This document shows, piece by piece, positions 9,444 through 19,744 of a stretch of DNA of 61,577 bases (position 1 is the first letter of the stretch; the number at the start of each line of letters is the position of its first letter). The stretch covers positions 1-61,577 of the IMG/VR virus record IMGVR_UViG_3300043256_000467. One strand, given 5' to 3'. Both the position numbers and the translations under genes were made by a program. This DNA comes from a virus. Taxonomy: Duplodnaviria; Caudoviricetes. Under the pieces are notes generated by a model. It was not told the DNA's origin, did not search any database, and worked only from the letters and a program-made list of their open reading frames with translations.

Positions 9444-11066
9444 CTAACGTACTCCTATCGCGTGAGCCCACTGCTTCGAGATACTGCCCCCCACACCGGG
9501 CGCTGCAGCTCCTACAGGCCACCCCACGTATATCGTCGCACCATCAGGAGAGAAGCCCCACAGGAAGTCATGCACGTCATCGAGCGTGATATCGGCATTG
9601 CCGATGCAGAGGATATTATCCGTACCGTGTTTGAAAACGACAGTGCGAGCATCATCAGCGGGGTAGAAGAAATAGAGTTGGTTGGCGACCAAGCCGTTGA
9701 TGGTGTTGAGGTCATCCGATGCTATGTCGCCTTCGGTGTCGATTGTGTGGTGTGCCTGCGTAACGGTAACGGCCCCCAGTCCAGCTGCTTCCACAATAGT
9801 CAATTCTATACCAGCCATCAGTGTGAAAGGATGAGTCAATGCACTTCCACTACTCGGTGGCCCCACGTAACAGGCCGACCAGTTACCGTCGCAGGAGATG
9901 AGGCCCAGATTGACCGGCGGAGTGTTGGCGACGTCAGCAATTTCAATCATCGGCACGGGGGTACCGACGGTGGAGAGAGCCCGCCCGTGGAAGCCATCAA
10001 TGACAATCTCATCCGTCCTGAGAAATGCGAAGGCATCGAAGTAGATGAGCCGATTGTCCACGCGATTGGTCTCGACGTAGATATTCTGGAAGATGGCTCC
10101 CTGGCCGACGTACTTACTCGGCCCTTGGTTGAAGAGTTCTCCACCCGACGCTGTGAAGACGATGCTTAGGTCGTGGAACCTGCCCCAAACCGTGTTGCCC
10201 CAAGTGAACCAAGGACCACCAGTAACCCAGTGCATTCCACCACGGATAACCCAATCCTGAGACCAGGCACCCGCGTAATCCCCCAACTGGTTCAGGCGGC
10301 CATCCCATGAGAGATAACAGTCTTCAATTACGACGAGCCCCCCGAAACCCCCGACGTGTGTTGACCGGATAACATTGGTGAGCGAGCCAGAACAGTGCTT
10401 GAGGTTCTTGTTCCCCCAAGCAAGGCCAGCGCCTAGCGCTGTGTTATCTATGGCTCGAACGCGGGTAAAGTCGCAGTAGTCAAAAGTCATCGTCAGGAGA
10501 GAGGCACCGCTTCCTCCAACTATGTCACTGAAGATGTCAAAGGACACCCCAGCGCTCACGTCGAAGCGGATATTCTTAAAGATAATGGTGCAGTCGGTGT
10601 CCTTGTGGTAGGTGAACATCGACGTGGTACTGGCAGCATCCACTGGGAGTAGCGAGCGGTGCTCTGGCGCTCCCCAGATAGTCACGATGTTCGCTGAGGA
10701 TTGAGTACCTAGAGCGTGGGCGGTCTCTAAGGCTGGCTCTGTGTGAGTAGTGCATATCCAAATCGTCTTGCGGCCACCTGCAGCGAGAGCGGCAGCGAAC
10801 GCCCCGCTTGCCCCGAATAGAGTCAGATGCGTACCAAGCCCATTAGAATCCACCACATAGTCGACGTTCACTAGTGGCTGGGCGAATTGAGTCATCATCG
10901 GGTGATCGTGGGGAAGTACTTCTTTAGGAGCCACCGGACCTACTCGACGCTGAAGTTGGTCTACTTCCCTACGGATCGTAGTAAGTGCCCGCCGAGCGCG
11001 TCGTTCCTCTACTGCTAGCGCTAACCGCGAAGCAGCTGTCATCCTTGGACTTGCAAACCTCGTCAT
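9444..11066 (-). CDS. Putative tail fibre/tailspike (receptor-binding; beta-helix-like core)
   Basis: 540 aa after the tail-tip genes; N-terminal coiled coil, repetitive beta-strand pattern, lower GC. Confidence 0.6.
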   Translation of the reverse strand: MTRFASPRMTAASRLALAVEERRARRALTTIRREVDQLQRRVGPVAPKEVLPHDHPMMTQFAQPLVNVDYVVDSNGLGTHLTLFGASGAFAAALAAGGRKTIWICTTHTEPALETAHALGTQSSANIVTIWGAPEHRSLLPVDAASTTSMFTYHKDTDCTIIFKNIRFDVSAGVSFDIFSDIVGGSGASLLTMTFDYCDFTRVRAIDNTALGAGLAWGNKNLKHCSGSLTNVIRSTHVGGFGGLVVIEDCYLSWDGRLNQLGDYAGAWSQDWVIRGGMHWVTGGPWFTWGNTVWGRFHDLSIVFTASGGELFNQGPSKYVGQGAIFQNIYVETNRVDNRLIYFDAFAFLRTDEIVIDGFHGRALSTVGTPVPMIEIADVANTPPVNLGLISCDGNWSACYVGPPSSGSALTHPFTLMAGIELTIVEAAGLGAVTVTQAHHTIDTEGDIASDDLNTINGLVANQLYFFYPADDARTVVFKHGTDNILCIGNADITLDDVHDFLWGFSPDGATIYVGWPVGAAAPGVGGSISKQWAHAIGVR

Positions 11067-12142
11067 GGCACTACCGAGGCAACCACATCACGCTGCCCCA
11101 CTGAGTCCTGAGGCGCGATTTCGCGTATATGCACCTTCACATTTAGATGCAGAGTCTTGAACCAATTTGGTACGTCAACCGTCACTACATCTCCTAGCTG
11201 CACGGCTTGAGCATCAGCCTTCGTTGCGTCTAGAGTGAATGTGACCTCCTCAACGCCTCGCAGAAGTTCTACATGCCGCTCCATCGCAAAGTTGGAGATT
11301 CCTTCTCCTACCCGCTCACTGATCTCTACTGCGTGGCGGGTTGCAGCAGGTCCGATATCACGTTCCCGCAGCAGTTCCGCAACTCGCTCATCTTGAGGGT
11401 GCATAACCCCGTCTACCGGTTGAGCGGCCGATTGGCGTGCCCCGCCTGCGATTGTAACCGCTTGCCGGTCGGCGAATCCTGCGGCTTGGCTCAAAGTAGT
11501 GAGACTCGCCACAGGCCGTCTCCGGGCAGATACTCCAGTCACGATTTCATTCCGTCCTAATACAATACGAGTCTCTCGTTTAAGCAGCCCGAAATCCAAG
11601 AAGAATTGCAGCTCGTTGGAGGCCCTCGCGGTAACTCGTTCTCTCCAATCACAAGAGCAAATCTCGCGTATCGTGTTGATAAATTGACTCGCACTCTCCC
11701 CCCGCACGTCAAGCTCGATTGCGGGACCAATCTCCTCTATATCGCCAGGAAAGATAGCACCGTTGCTGGCCTGCATAGCCTCTAGCGCTGCTCTCACAGC
11801 AGAGCCACTACTGACTCGCGCTGGGAGACGCACAGCAAGTTCCCCTGCGAGGAGACCCAACTTCGGCCCGAGCAGCGGCACTCTCACACTCTCGGAGTCC
11901 ATCGGGAGCTCCTCTATATCGACGAATCCTGCCCACAGAGGTTCACCAATATCGCTCTGGTCGATGGCCCAGCACATCCCACTCCTGATCCAATCCAGCT
12001 CGATATCTTCAGCAGCAACTGCGAGGTCTGCAGTACTGTCTATCGAGAGGCCAGTAGTGCGGCTGATAGTGCTGACTGCAATCGGTCCTCCGATACGGAC
12101 GAACGGTGGAGTCGGGGCATGGATATAGGCCCTAGTCGTCAT
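11063..12142 (-). CDS. Minor tail protein (hub/Tal-like)
   Basis: Follows the Dit-like gene; C-terminal VQLGDVVTV motif typical of siphophage tail-tip hub proteins. Confidence 0.6.
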   Translation of the reverse strand: MTTRAYIHAPTPPFVRIGGPIAVSTISRTTGLSIDSTADLAVAAEDIELDWIRSGMCWAIDQSDIGEPLWAGFVDIEELPMDSESVRVPLLGPKLGLLAGELAVRLPARVSSGSAVRAALEAMQASNGAIFPGDIEEIGPAIELDVRGESASQFINTIREICSCDWRERVTARASNELQFFLDFGLLKRETRIVLGRNEIVTGVSARRRPVASLTTLSQAAGFADRQAVTIAGGARQSAAQPVDGVMHPQDERVAELLRERDIGPAATRHAVEISERVGEGISNFAMERHVELLRGVEEVTFTLDATKADAQAVQLGDVVTVDVPNWFKTLHLNVKVHIREIAPQDSVGQRDVVASVVP

Positions 12143-14664
12143 GCCTGCCACCTGCTGCGGAAGGCTCCGACATGCTCTTCACCTTGCGCTCCGTTGACTG
12201 CGTTCACCGAAACATCGTTCGCACCTGCCGGAAGAGAGAGCCAAGGGTCACCGTTGGCTTCGATAGTCTGGCGGATGTTGTCGCCATTCTCATCGTCCAC
12301 AACGGTACGCCCAGCTACATCTATCGTCACCGTCTCATTCTGTGCATCGGCCCACCGCTTGAGGAATCGAAGATGAATCTCATCTGCGCCAAGCGTCCAA
12401 GTCGTGTTGTAGTAGTAAGCGTCCTCGACGCCAACGCTATAGGGGCCAGCGACCGCGGAAGGGGTCACGATGGGTGTCCGATCTGGGTCGAAGATAATGG
12501 TGATGTCGTTGAGGGTAAGCTCCTCGCCTGTGCGCGCGATATCTAGAGTCTCTTCCTGATTGTCGGCGTTGATACTGAGGAGAGCGAACCAGAGATCCTG
12601 ATCGGCTTCTCGCACAAACTCCACGCCGTCAAACTCCCAATGGCTGCCCTTTGCGTAGATGCTCCCATCGCTCCTTACAGTATGGATCACGCCTGCACCA
12701 GGGATAACCTCAGCAATGGAAAGGAAGTAATCCCCTGGAGACAATACGGGCACGGCTGTAGTGAAGGCTGCTAGTGGGCTAGGGAAGAAGCATACTTGAA
12801 TGAACGCGGCTCCCAACGCACCTGCGCCAGCAAATGGCCCCGCGAGGCGAGAGCCAGGACCACCAGCCCCCGGTGTAGCTGCAGAGAAGATAGCCCCTGA
12901 GCCCACCTCGTTGATCTGCAGTTGCAAGCCCGCATTACCGGAGACATCACGTGCTCGTGCCACCATCCCGATAATCTGCGTATCCTCATCTATGTGGAAT
13001 CCTTGAAGATCATGTCCAGTAGTGAGCAGCCCTTCCAGAGTCTCCTCGTGCGTATCTCCAGGACGTGCCGTCGTCACTATGATCTGCCGCGCCCTGATAA
13101 TAACGGCGCTCAAGATACTGGCTGGGGTCTCTTGCTGATTAGCGTAGAGACGTGGAGGGAAGTGCGCAGGAGGAGTCTCATGGCCTAGGCGGTTGAAGAT
13201 CACTTCGTCAAGGCCCAGCAGATCCCGCCCGATAATCTGAAGGCAGAACGGCCATCCAAGGCTGGCATCATATTCGATAGCGCCCAGAACGTCATCTACT
13301 CCACAACAGGCGGTGAACTCCAGGGCATCAAAGTTCGGCCTTGCTGCTGTCGGGTCTATGTCTGTGAATCGAACATCCGGGGCGCCGCCTGCGTCGCTAT
13401 CCAAAGCTACCTTAGCCGACAATCTATTCTTCCGAAGGTCAGGGATGTCCGCTCGACCGTCGTAAAGGATGCGCCTCCAGCCCCCAGGCCTCCGGTTATT
13501 GTCTGGCCAGATTGGAGCGATGAGCCATTCCCATTGTAGGTTCGTACTCGCAGTGGTATCGATCAATGGAGGATCAGGGTCAGCAGGCCTCGTTGGAGCC
13601 GCTGGCCAGCCCCACGCAATTTGAATATGGTGTCCACTCTTGTAGATTGTGATGCCGATGGCGCTTGCGCCCGCTACTGTGTTACGTTCGCTTCGTGTGA
13701 CGGTAACGTCTGCTCCATCCACCGAGGCCACACGAGCTTGCTCAGTGGCTGCTGCATCATTGACCCAGGCGAGGTAATCACCAGCACTGAAGCCGTGGTT
13801 CTCATCCACGAACTCGAACACCGTCGTGCCGGCGATGATGGCAGTAATGAGGTCAGCGTTGACGCTAGGCGCATCCGAAAGTTCGATCCAGATCTTGGTG
13901 AGAGCCGTGTTGATATCGGCAATACGCACCTTCTCAGGCGGCACCTGCACCTCATCTACGAAGACGGCGACGTCGTCTCCCGTGATTAGCATGCGAGCTG
14001 CAGCGATCTCTGTGGCCGTATCCAAGCCGCCGTTCGTAACGTCTATAAGCCAAGTCCCGCTTCCAGGTCCTGTCAGAGAGAACTCGCTGCGGTTAGCGTA
14101 GGCTACCTCCTGGACATAGATATAGCCCTCGGCCGCGAGCTTCAGCACTTGAGCCTCTGCTGTAAATGTCGGCAGGGCATCGTAGTTGCCCTCGTTCCGC
14201 AGGGCCAAGATCACCGGGTTATTGAGAGCGTCGATCAGCTCAGTATCTATCGTCTGCGCGATGTCTTCCAACAGTGGATTCGGAGCGAAGAGGGGCACGA
14301 CAAGAGGACGATGGTGGTTGCGGTCGTGAATGACCCGCTGCGGAACGCAGTCAACCCGCCTCCGGTCGCCGCAGTCGTTTTCCAGCACTAAGGTTTGGAG
14401 ACCATTGCTCGGGTCGAAGATCCTGCCGATCTCTGCGAACTGCCCCTCGCTGTCAGGAGAGAGGACAACGATGTGAAGAGGGAACGTCTTGCCACTAGGC
14501 TGTACCCTGACGTGACTAGGGAACCGTCCGACTCGCCCCAACTCGATGGGGCTGTGCTCTGGTGTATCGAAAGCACCCTCGTCGTACTCGAAGTAAGCAC
14601 GTCTGCCCAGCGTAGTAAGGCCGACGCCTCCGAAGGAGATCGGGACCAACTTCCGATAAGTCAT
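12139..14664 (-). CDS. Distal tail protein (Dit)-like with large internal insertions
   Basis: Directly after the tape measure gene; NEGNYDALP near the N-terminus and C-terminal TVTID...WLSLPAGANDV are Dit-like. Confidence 0.65.
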   Translation of the reverse strand: MTYRKLVPISFGGVGLTTLGRRAYFEYDEGAFDTPEHSPIELGRVGRFPSHVRVQPSGKTFPLHIVVLSPDSEGQFAEIGRIFDPSNGLQTLVLENDCGDRRRVDCVPQRVIHDRNHHRPLVVPLFAPNPLLEDIAQTIDTELIDALNNPVILALRNEGNYDALPTFTAEAQVLKLAAEGYIYVQEVAYANRSEFSLTGPGSGTWLIDVTNGGLDTATEIAAARMLITGDDVAVFVDEVQVPPEKVRIADINTALTKIWIELSDAPSVNADLITAIIAGTTVFEFVDENHGFSAGDYLAWVNDAAATEQARVASVDGADVTVTRSERNTVAGASAIGITIYKSGHHIQIAWGWPAAPTRPADPDPPLIDTTASTNLQWEWLIAPIWPDNNRRPGGWRRILYDGRADIPDLRKNRLSAKVALDSDAGGAPDVRFTDIDPTAARPNFDALEFTACCGVDDVLGAIEYDASLGWPFCLQIIGRDLLGLDEVIFNRLGHETPPAHFPPRLYANQQETPASILSAVIIRARQIIVTTARPGDTHEETLEGLLTTGHDLQGFHIDEDTQIIGMVARARDVSGNAGLQLQINEVGSGAIFSAATPGAGGPGSRLAGPFAGAGALGAAFIQVCFFPSPLAAFTTAVPVLSPGDYFLSIAEVIPGAGVIHTVRSDGSIYAKGSHWEFDGVEFVREADQDLWFALLSINADNQEETLDIARTGEELTLNDITIIFDPDRTPIVTPSAVAGPYSVGVEDAYYYNTTWTLGADEIHLRFLKRWADAQNETVTIDVAGRTVVDDENGDNIRQTIEANGDPWLSLPAGANDVSVNAVNGAQGEEHVGAFRSRWQA

Positions 14665-17351
14665 GTGACTCCTAACGCCCGCGTCATGCTACGCATGAGT
14701 TGACCATCCTGCCCACTCTCAGCGAATAGATTTACGCTGCCATAGTTCCTGAAAGCCCCTCCACCAGATATACCACTAAGGATTTGCTCCAACCGACTGA
14801 AGTCCATGCCTCGGCCCAATGGCATGACGACTTCTGGGCCGTGAAGTTGGGCTTGAACAGTCCGGCCCGCCGGTATGAAGGCTCCTTGCTGCGCACTCAG
14901 CGTTGGAAAGATGGGAGCCAGAGCCTCCCTCCTTGCCCGCTCAATAACTTCGGCCAACGCGGTTGGCTCCCCCACAAGAGTCTGCAAGACTGCAAGAGCC
15001 GCCTCGGTTGCACCAAGCTCAAAGAGACGAGCTGCATCAGCCAGCGTGACGAAACCTTGGGAGATGATGTCTGCAAGAATCTGCCACTGCTGCTGGATCT
15101 TGACCTGCTCCACAAGCAGAGCGTCGACGATATTGCGAGCTGCATCGAGCATCCCACTCTCAAGAAACTCGATGGCATTAGCGACGTCGAGTGTACCATC
15201 GCGGATGCCCTGCGCCAGCGCCTCCATCCACTCTTCAGCGCCACGCCGCCAGGCTTCTGCCGCCACGTCCACCATTTCCTCTACTGCATCTTCAATACCC
15301 GGAGCAGCAGCAGCAGGAGCAGGAGCAGCAGCAGGAGCAGCAGCACCGCCACCAGGGGGAGGCCCAACGCCAGGGATGGGGACTACGAGCCCCGCGAGTT
15401 GAGCCTGGAGCCCTTCAATTTCAGCGATCATCGTTCGGAGCCTAGCTGCCGGTGCACCAGCAACAAAAGCCGCAACCAGTTCTGCTTCCTTGAGAGAGAT
15501 AATGAGCTTCGTGCCGAAGAGCTCTACCGATTCTCCGGCCTCAGCAGCGGCCAGCGCAATAATCCGATACGCCTGCGCTACCGTTGGAGCAAGACTCCCG
15601 GCCTCTATCATAGCCACATTTGCCCGCAGTATGGCACGTTCCACGAAGGCAAACATGCCGCCCGCATCGGCCGCGGCAGCCTCGCTCTCACTGAATCCCA
15701 AAGCCAGAGCACGAGCCCTTAGGTCAGCATTGGCAGCCTCTCGCTCGAAACCTCTGAGTTGGGCTTTGGTCTCTTCTATCTCCTCGTTGACCTTGTTGAG
15801 GGACTCCTTCATTTTAGAAGTCTTGTCGAGGAAGCTATCAATAATCGGGCCGACCCCAGGGAGGTCACGAGTAAACAAAGTGGAGAGATCGAGGGCAGCA
15901 TCAAGGAAGCCCTGCTTCATCTCCAGAACCTTGAGCTTCACTCGCAGAGCCGTCTCTCCCAATTCCTCTGTGGCCGTGCGAGTCAAGCCCAGAGCTATTA
16001 TCAGGCCGCCCGCGCCGACCAAAGCGGCCGTAATTGGACTCACCCAAAGGAACGCAACGCCGATAGCTACAATGGCCGTCACTAGGGCTCCCTGATTCGC
16101 GATGATCCAGCCGCCAAATCTTATCACCGCATCGGCTACGTTACCGAGAAGCCGAGCACTTTCCTCCAGTGCGGGCTGCCAATCCTGGAAGACGCGCTTA
16201 GCAGCCTCTATCGCTTTCGGCAACTCTTCGCCTAGCTTCTGTGCGGCTCGCGTCAGGGCTGGCAAGATAACCAAGCCCAGTTCCACCAGTGGCACCTTGA
16301 TATTCTCTTTGAGGATAGCGAACTGACGCCCGAAGGTCGCGTTCATCTTCTCGAAAGCGGTCTGAGTCTTCCCGGCCTTGTTAGACATGCCCTCGAAATT
16401 GGCGCTGAGTGCCTCGAACTGCACACCCGCCAACTTACCGATCTCCACGCCTGCCTCCATCGAGCCAAACAAATCGCTGACCGCGACGCCATCTTCCTCG
16501 GCCTTCTGTCGCAGCAGGTCCATAGCTTCAACGACGTTTCCGCCCTCTTGCTCAAACTGTCGGAAGCCCACGCCGGCTATCTCTTGGAATGCTTTGTTCG
16601 CCTTGGTTCCCTCTTTACCTAGCTCAATAAATGCTGCCCGCAGCGCGGTCGTCGCTACGGCGGTAGGCGTGCCCGCTGCCGCCAATGTGGCCAGGGCCGC
16701 CGCCGTCTCTTCTACTGAGACATCAGCGGCTGCGGCCGCACCTGCGACGTTGAACATTGACGCACCCAGTTCAGCGATGGTCGTCTTGCCTTGTACGACG
16801 GCCAGGAACATCGTATCCATAACGCGCGTAAGCTCTTGGCCTTGGAGACCAAAGGCATTGAGGACTGTCGTGGTGAGGTCAACCGCTGTAGCGAGATCAG
16901 TGACGCCGCCAACCGCCAGCTTAACATTCTCTCGAAGGAAGGTTAGGGCATTCTCTGGCGCCACCCCAGCAGAGATCGCCTGGTAGAGTGCCCGGGTGGC
17001 CTCAGTTGCGTCGATACCCATGTCCTTAGAGAGCTGAAGAACGCCCTTCTGTAAGGAAGCGATCTGCTCCTCAGAGGCATCGAAGAGAGTAGTGACTTCG
17101 GTGAAAGCGGTCTGGAAGTCAGTCCCCATCTTGACTGCCGCCACACCCATCGCCGCCACTGCCGCCCCAGCAATAAGGGCTCCACGCCTGATAGCCTTTC
17201 CTGCAGTGTCTCTGAAACGATTTGCGGCACCCACCGCCCTGTCCAGCGATCCAGTGATGGCTTTATTGGCCGCCACCATCTTACTAGCGTCGCCAACGTA
17301 GCCACCGACGTTGCGGAGGACGGCCTCTAGACCGATCTCTTCAAACGCCAT
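14661..17351 (-). CDS. Tail tape measure protein (TP901 family)
   Basis: 896 aa, Ala-rich helical; ALYQAISAG, GKTTIAELG; hydrophobic segment; C-terminal LHGPEVVMPL. Confidence 0.93.
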   Translation of the reverse strand: MAFEEIGLEAVLRNVGGYVGDASKMVAANKAITGSLDRAVGAANRFRDTAGKAIRRGALIAGAAVAAMGVAAVKMGTDFQTAFTEVTTLFDASEEQIASLQKGVLQLSKDMGIDATEATRALYQAISAGVAPENALTFLRENVKLAVGGVTDLATAVDLTTTVLNAFGLQGQELTRVMDTMFLAVVQGKTTIAELGASMFNVAGAAAAADVSVEETAAALATLAAAGTPTAVATTALRAAFIELGKEGTKANKAFQEIAGVGFRQFEQEGGNVVEAMDLLRQKAEEDGVAVSDLFGSMEAGVEIGKLAGVQFEALSANFEGMSNKAGKTQTAFEKMNATFGRQFAILKENIKVPLVELGLVILPALTRAAQKLGEELPKAIEAAKRVFQDWQPALEESARLLGNVADAVIRFGGWIIANQGALVTAIVAIGVAFLWVSPITAALVGAGGLIIALGLTRTATEELGETALRVKLKVLEMKQGFLDAALDLSTLFTRDLPGVGPIIDSFLDKTSKMKESLNKVNEEIEETKAQLRGFEREAANADLRARALALGFSESEAAAADAGGMFAFVERAILRANVAMIEAGSLAPTVAQAYRIIALAAAEAGESVELFGTKLIISLKEAELVAAFVAGAPAARLRTMIAEIEGLQAQLAGLVVPIPGVGPPPGGGAAAPAAAPAPAAAAPGIEDAVEEMVDVAAEAWRRGAEEWMEALAQGIRDGTLDVANAIEFLESGMLDAARNIVDALLVEQVKIQQQWQILADIISQGFVTLADAARLFELGATEAALAVLQTLVGEPTALAEVIERARREALAPIFPTLSAQQGAFIPAGRTVQAQLHGPEVVMPLGRGMDFSRLEQILSGISGGGAFRNYGSVNLFAESGQDGQLMRSMTRALGVT
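15301..15345. repeat. Imperfect GCA/GGA triplet repeat encoding an Ala/Pro linker in the tape measure protein
   Basis: ggagcagcagcagcaggagcaggagcagcagcaggagcagcagca. Confidence 0.8.
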
Positions 17352-17354
17352 CTA

Positions 17355-17642
17355 CTACTTCCTCGACCTCTTCATGGGACGGGCCTTAGACTTCATCTCA
17401 CTAGATACTGCTTCCTGCTGGTGCATCTCGACCAGTCGGGATACTCGGTGGTAAGCGACCCCATCTACTCGCTCCTGGTACGGCAGCTCCAGCCAATCCA
17501 TCCATGTATAGTGGCCGAACCGAGCCGCATCACGCTCTTCGATTTCCGCGACGAGCCCGTCTAGGACTGGGGTGTACGTCACGCCCGTCCCGACCGCTTG
17601 ATGCAACTGTAGGTTGACTATCGGCTCCCCGTGCCTCTTCAC
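17355..17642 (-). CDS. Tail assembly chaperone, downstream (T-like) segment, probably reached by frameshift
   Basis: Overlaps the upstream chaperone ORF by 113 nt in the +1 frame; lies directly before the tape measure gene. Confidence 0.6.
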   Translation of the reverse strand: MKRHGEPIVNLQLHQAVGTGVTYTPVLDGLVAEIEERDAARFGHYTWMDWLELPYQERVDGVAYHRVSRLVEMHQQEAVSSEMKSKARPMKRSRK

Positions 17643-18204
17643 CTGGAAAGGACTCCGCCGCGAGCGCGACGTCCTCCTCCTTCACGGAAGCCGTCTCCCC
17701 CACCGCCCGCGTAAGTGAGTTGAGATCCTCAGTCGTGGCGACAGCGTACATCCTGAGCCATGAGATATACCGCGCTTTGGGCGTTGCGTGCTCGACCGAG
17801 ATCCCTGCACTCTTAAGCGTATCGATCCAGTCGTCGTCCTCCGGCTTCGATACGCCATCAGGGATATGCTCAATGCTCGTCCCCACCGCGAGCATAATGT
17901 TCATTGCCGCATCCCCGACGCGAAGTCGATGGTCTAGAAGCGCTCGCTTGTAGTCTGGATCCTCGGGGTTCTCCTCCTCCCGGCCCTTTGCCTCGTTGAG
18001 GAAAGTGGGGACTGCAGGAGCCTCGATTTCACTGCCAGCCAGCCGAAGCAGGAGGGGCGGGATGGGGCTACACTTCAAGACAACCCCATTCGAGAGAGTG
18101 ACAAGCCCCCGCTCCCCCGCGTCCCCTCTTGCTTCAGCAACCTTAGCAGCAGCTCTAATAGCCTCTGTCGATGCCGTGCCTTTGCCCTTGCCAACCGCTG
18201 CCAT
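17530..18204 (-). CDS. Tail assembly chaperone (G-like)
   Basis: Between tail tube and tape measure genes; GGAGG RBS before ATG 18204. Confidence 0.65.
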   Translation of the reverse strand: MAAVGKGKGTASTEAIRAAAKVAEARGDAGERGLVTLSNGVVLKCSPIPPLLLRLAGSEIEAPAVPTFLNEAKGREEENPEDPDYKRALLDHRLRVGDAAMNIMLAVGTSIEHIPDGVSKPEDDDWIDTLKSAGISVEHATPKARYISWLRMYAVATTEDLNSLTRAVGETASVKEEDVALAAESFPGEEARGADSQPTVASSGRDGRDVHPSPRRARRGNRRA

Positions 18205-18238
18205 TGTATACACCCTCCATTTTTCTGCGCCGCAGCTG

Positions 18239-19738
18239 TTACGCTGAGGCCTTCACAAAGAACCCGTCTGTCCCATCGTCTGCGAGACCCCCACCGAAGA
18301 CGACGTTCGGGTCCTCTTCACACACCGCCAAAGAGCTAACGTAATCGTTTGCAGGGAATGTAGTCGTGGCCTCTGGTAGCACGTACCACGAGTAGCCGCC
18401 GTCAATCGTCCGCAGGATGCGGCCAGCGGGGCCCACTATACTGTGAGCTAGGTAGCCCACAGTAGGAGTGGAGAACTTAATGTCGCGCACGACGCCCGCG
18501 CCGGATCCCGGAAACGCCTTCGCGGTCCAGGTTGCACCTGCGTCTCTGGTGTACCAGAGCGAGCCTTGGATATCGCCAACGAACCACTCTAGCTCACTCC
18601 GCATCCAGACGGCGGTCAGGTCAACAGCAGGGATCGGCCCGACGACCAACGTCCACGTCTCCCCACCATTCTCCGTCACGACGACTGCGTTACTCTCACC
18701 GACCGCGACGACGTTCCGCTCGTCGATACCATGCACGGCGGCCAGGTTCTGCGCGGTAACAACCCCTGCATCCTGCACGGTCACGGACGCTGTGGGGTCA
18801 GCGGTGAAGTAGATGTACCCACCATCACCGACGATGAAGGTATGCAGCGCTCCCGCACTCCAGATGGCGTTCGGGGCCCCAGCCGGACACTGGAACCCTA
18901 CTGCCATCTCGACCCACGCCTCTGTCCCAGCGAGGATGTTGGCAATGGTCGCGTAGTGCAACGAACAGGAAGCGTTCGATACGATGATAAGTCGTGTACC
19001 TACGCAATCCATTGCGCTGGGATCATCAGCGATCCCGAGTGTGGTGACGTTCGTTTCGCCAAGCGTCGTCCCGCCATCCTGCGAGAAGATCAGCTCGCCA
19101 GGGAGTCCAGGCGAACCGCCAGCCGTGAGCGTCAGGGCGAACACGACCTGGCACCCATCCGACGGGAGCCCGCACTCACCACACTGTCGCGAGTCGCAGA
19201 TCTCTACGTCGACGATCTCCTGGACGATCTCGGCCGCGCCCAACTCCGCTGGAAGTAGACGGCCGATCTCGTAATAGTTGAGGCCAGTAAGAGGGATGTT
19301 TTCGTTGATTACCGCGTCCTCGCCAGAGACGAGAGCGCCTAGCTCATCCGCCCCATAGCTTGTGAGGATAGCGCCTTCGAGAACGGCCACCTTATGCCAA
19401 CCGCCATTGAAGTCCGTGGGGTTGCGACACTCCCCCATGTGCACTTGCGCGTCAATCGGGCACCGCTTTCGGAAGAGCCGCAGCATCTCCGAAAGGTCCT
19501 GCGTGTACCGGACCTGAATGGGAAGCTGCGGGAGCCCCTGCGCTCCCCTAATCGTGTCTATGATGTCGAAGAGCCCGTACTGATCTTCACTCGGCGCCTC
19601 GATAGACGTGAGGTCGCCGCCGTCCCAACTCGGCGACTGCGCCCGCCCAAAGCCCTGGTAGACAGGAGCATTGGCGGGGCCGGCTCGATCTTCAATGGTA
19701 AACAGCCTAGAGAATGGTGTACGTTGCAGATTAGGCAA
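18239..19738 (-). CDS. Putative major tail protein with C-terminal BNR/Asp-box beta-propeller
   Basis: Tail-tube position upstream of chaperone and TMP; Asp-box repeats SQDGGTT, TENGGETW, TRDAGATW, TIDGGYSW. Confidence 0.7.
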   Translation of the reverse strand: MPNLQRTPFSRLFTIEDRAGPANAPVYQGFGRAQSPSWDGGDLTSIEAPSEDQYGLFDIIDTIRGAQGLPQLPIQVRYTQDLSEMLRLFRKRCPIDAQVHMGECRNPTDFNGGWHKVAVLEGAILTSYGADELGALVSGEDAVINENIPLTGLNYYEIGRLLPAELGAAEIVQEIVDVEICDSRQCGECGLPSDGCQVVFALTLTAGGSPGLPGELIFSQDGGTTLGETNVTTLGIADDPSAMDCVGTRLIIVSNASCSLHYATIANILAGTEAWVEMAVGFQCPAGAPNAIWSAGALHTFIVGDGGYIYFTADPTASVTVQDAGVVTAQNLAAVHGIDERNVVAVGESNAVVVTENGGETWTLVVGPIPAVDLTAVWMRSELEWFVGDIQGSLWYTRDAGATWTAKAFPGSGAGVVRDIKFSTPTVGYLAHSIVGPAGRILRTIDGGYSWYVLPEATTTFPANDYVSSLAVCEEDPNVVFGGGLADDGTDGFFVKASA

Positions 19739-19744
19739 GCTACG

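Noticed and set aside
9444-11066. Diversity-generating retroelement target in the tail fibre
   Set aside because: No reverse transcriptase and no template/variable repeat pair noticed in the window.
14784-16095. Long plus-strand ORFs opposite the tape measure gene (also 6356-7081, 21978-22769, 31543-32376, 42973-43911, 57007-57807)
   Set aside because: Antisense shadows of well-supported minus-strand genes in GC-rich DNA; Ser/Arg/Ala-rich, no motifs or RBS.
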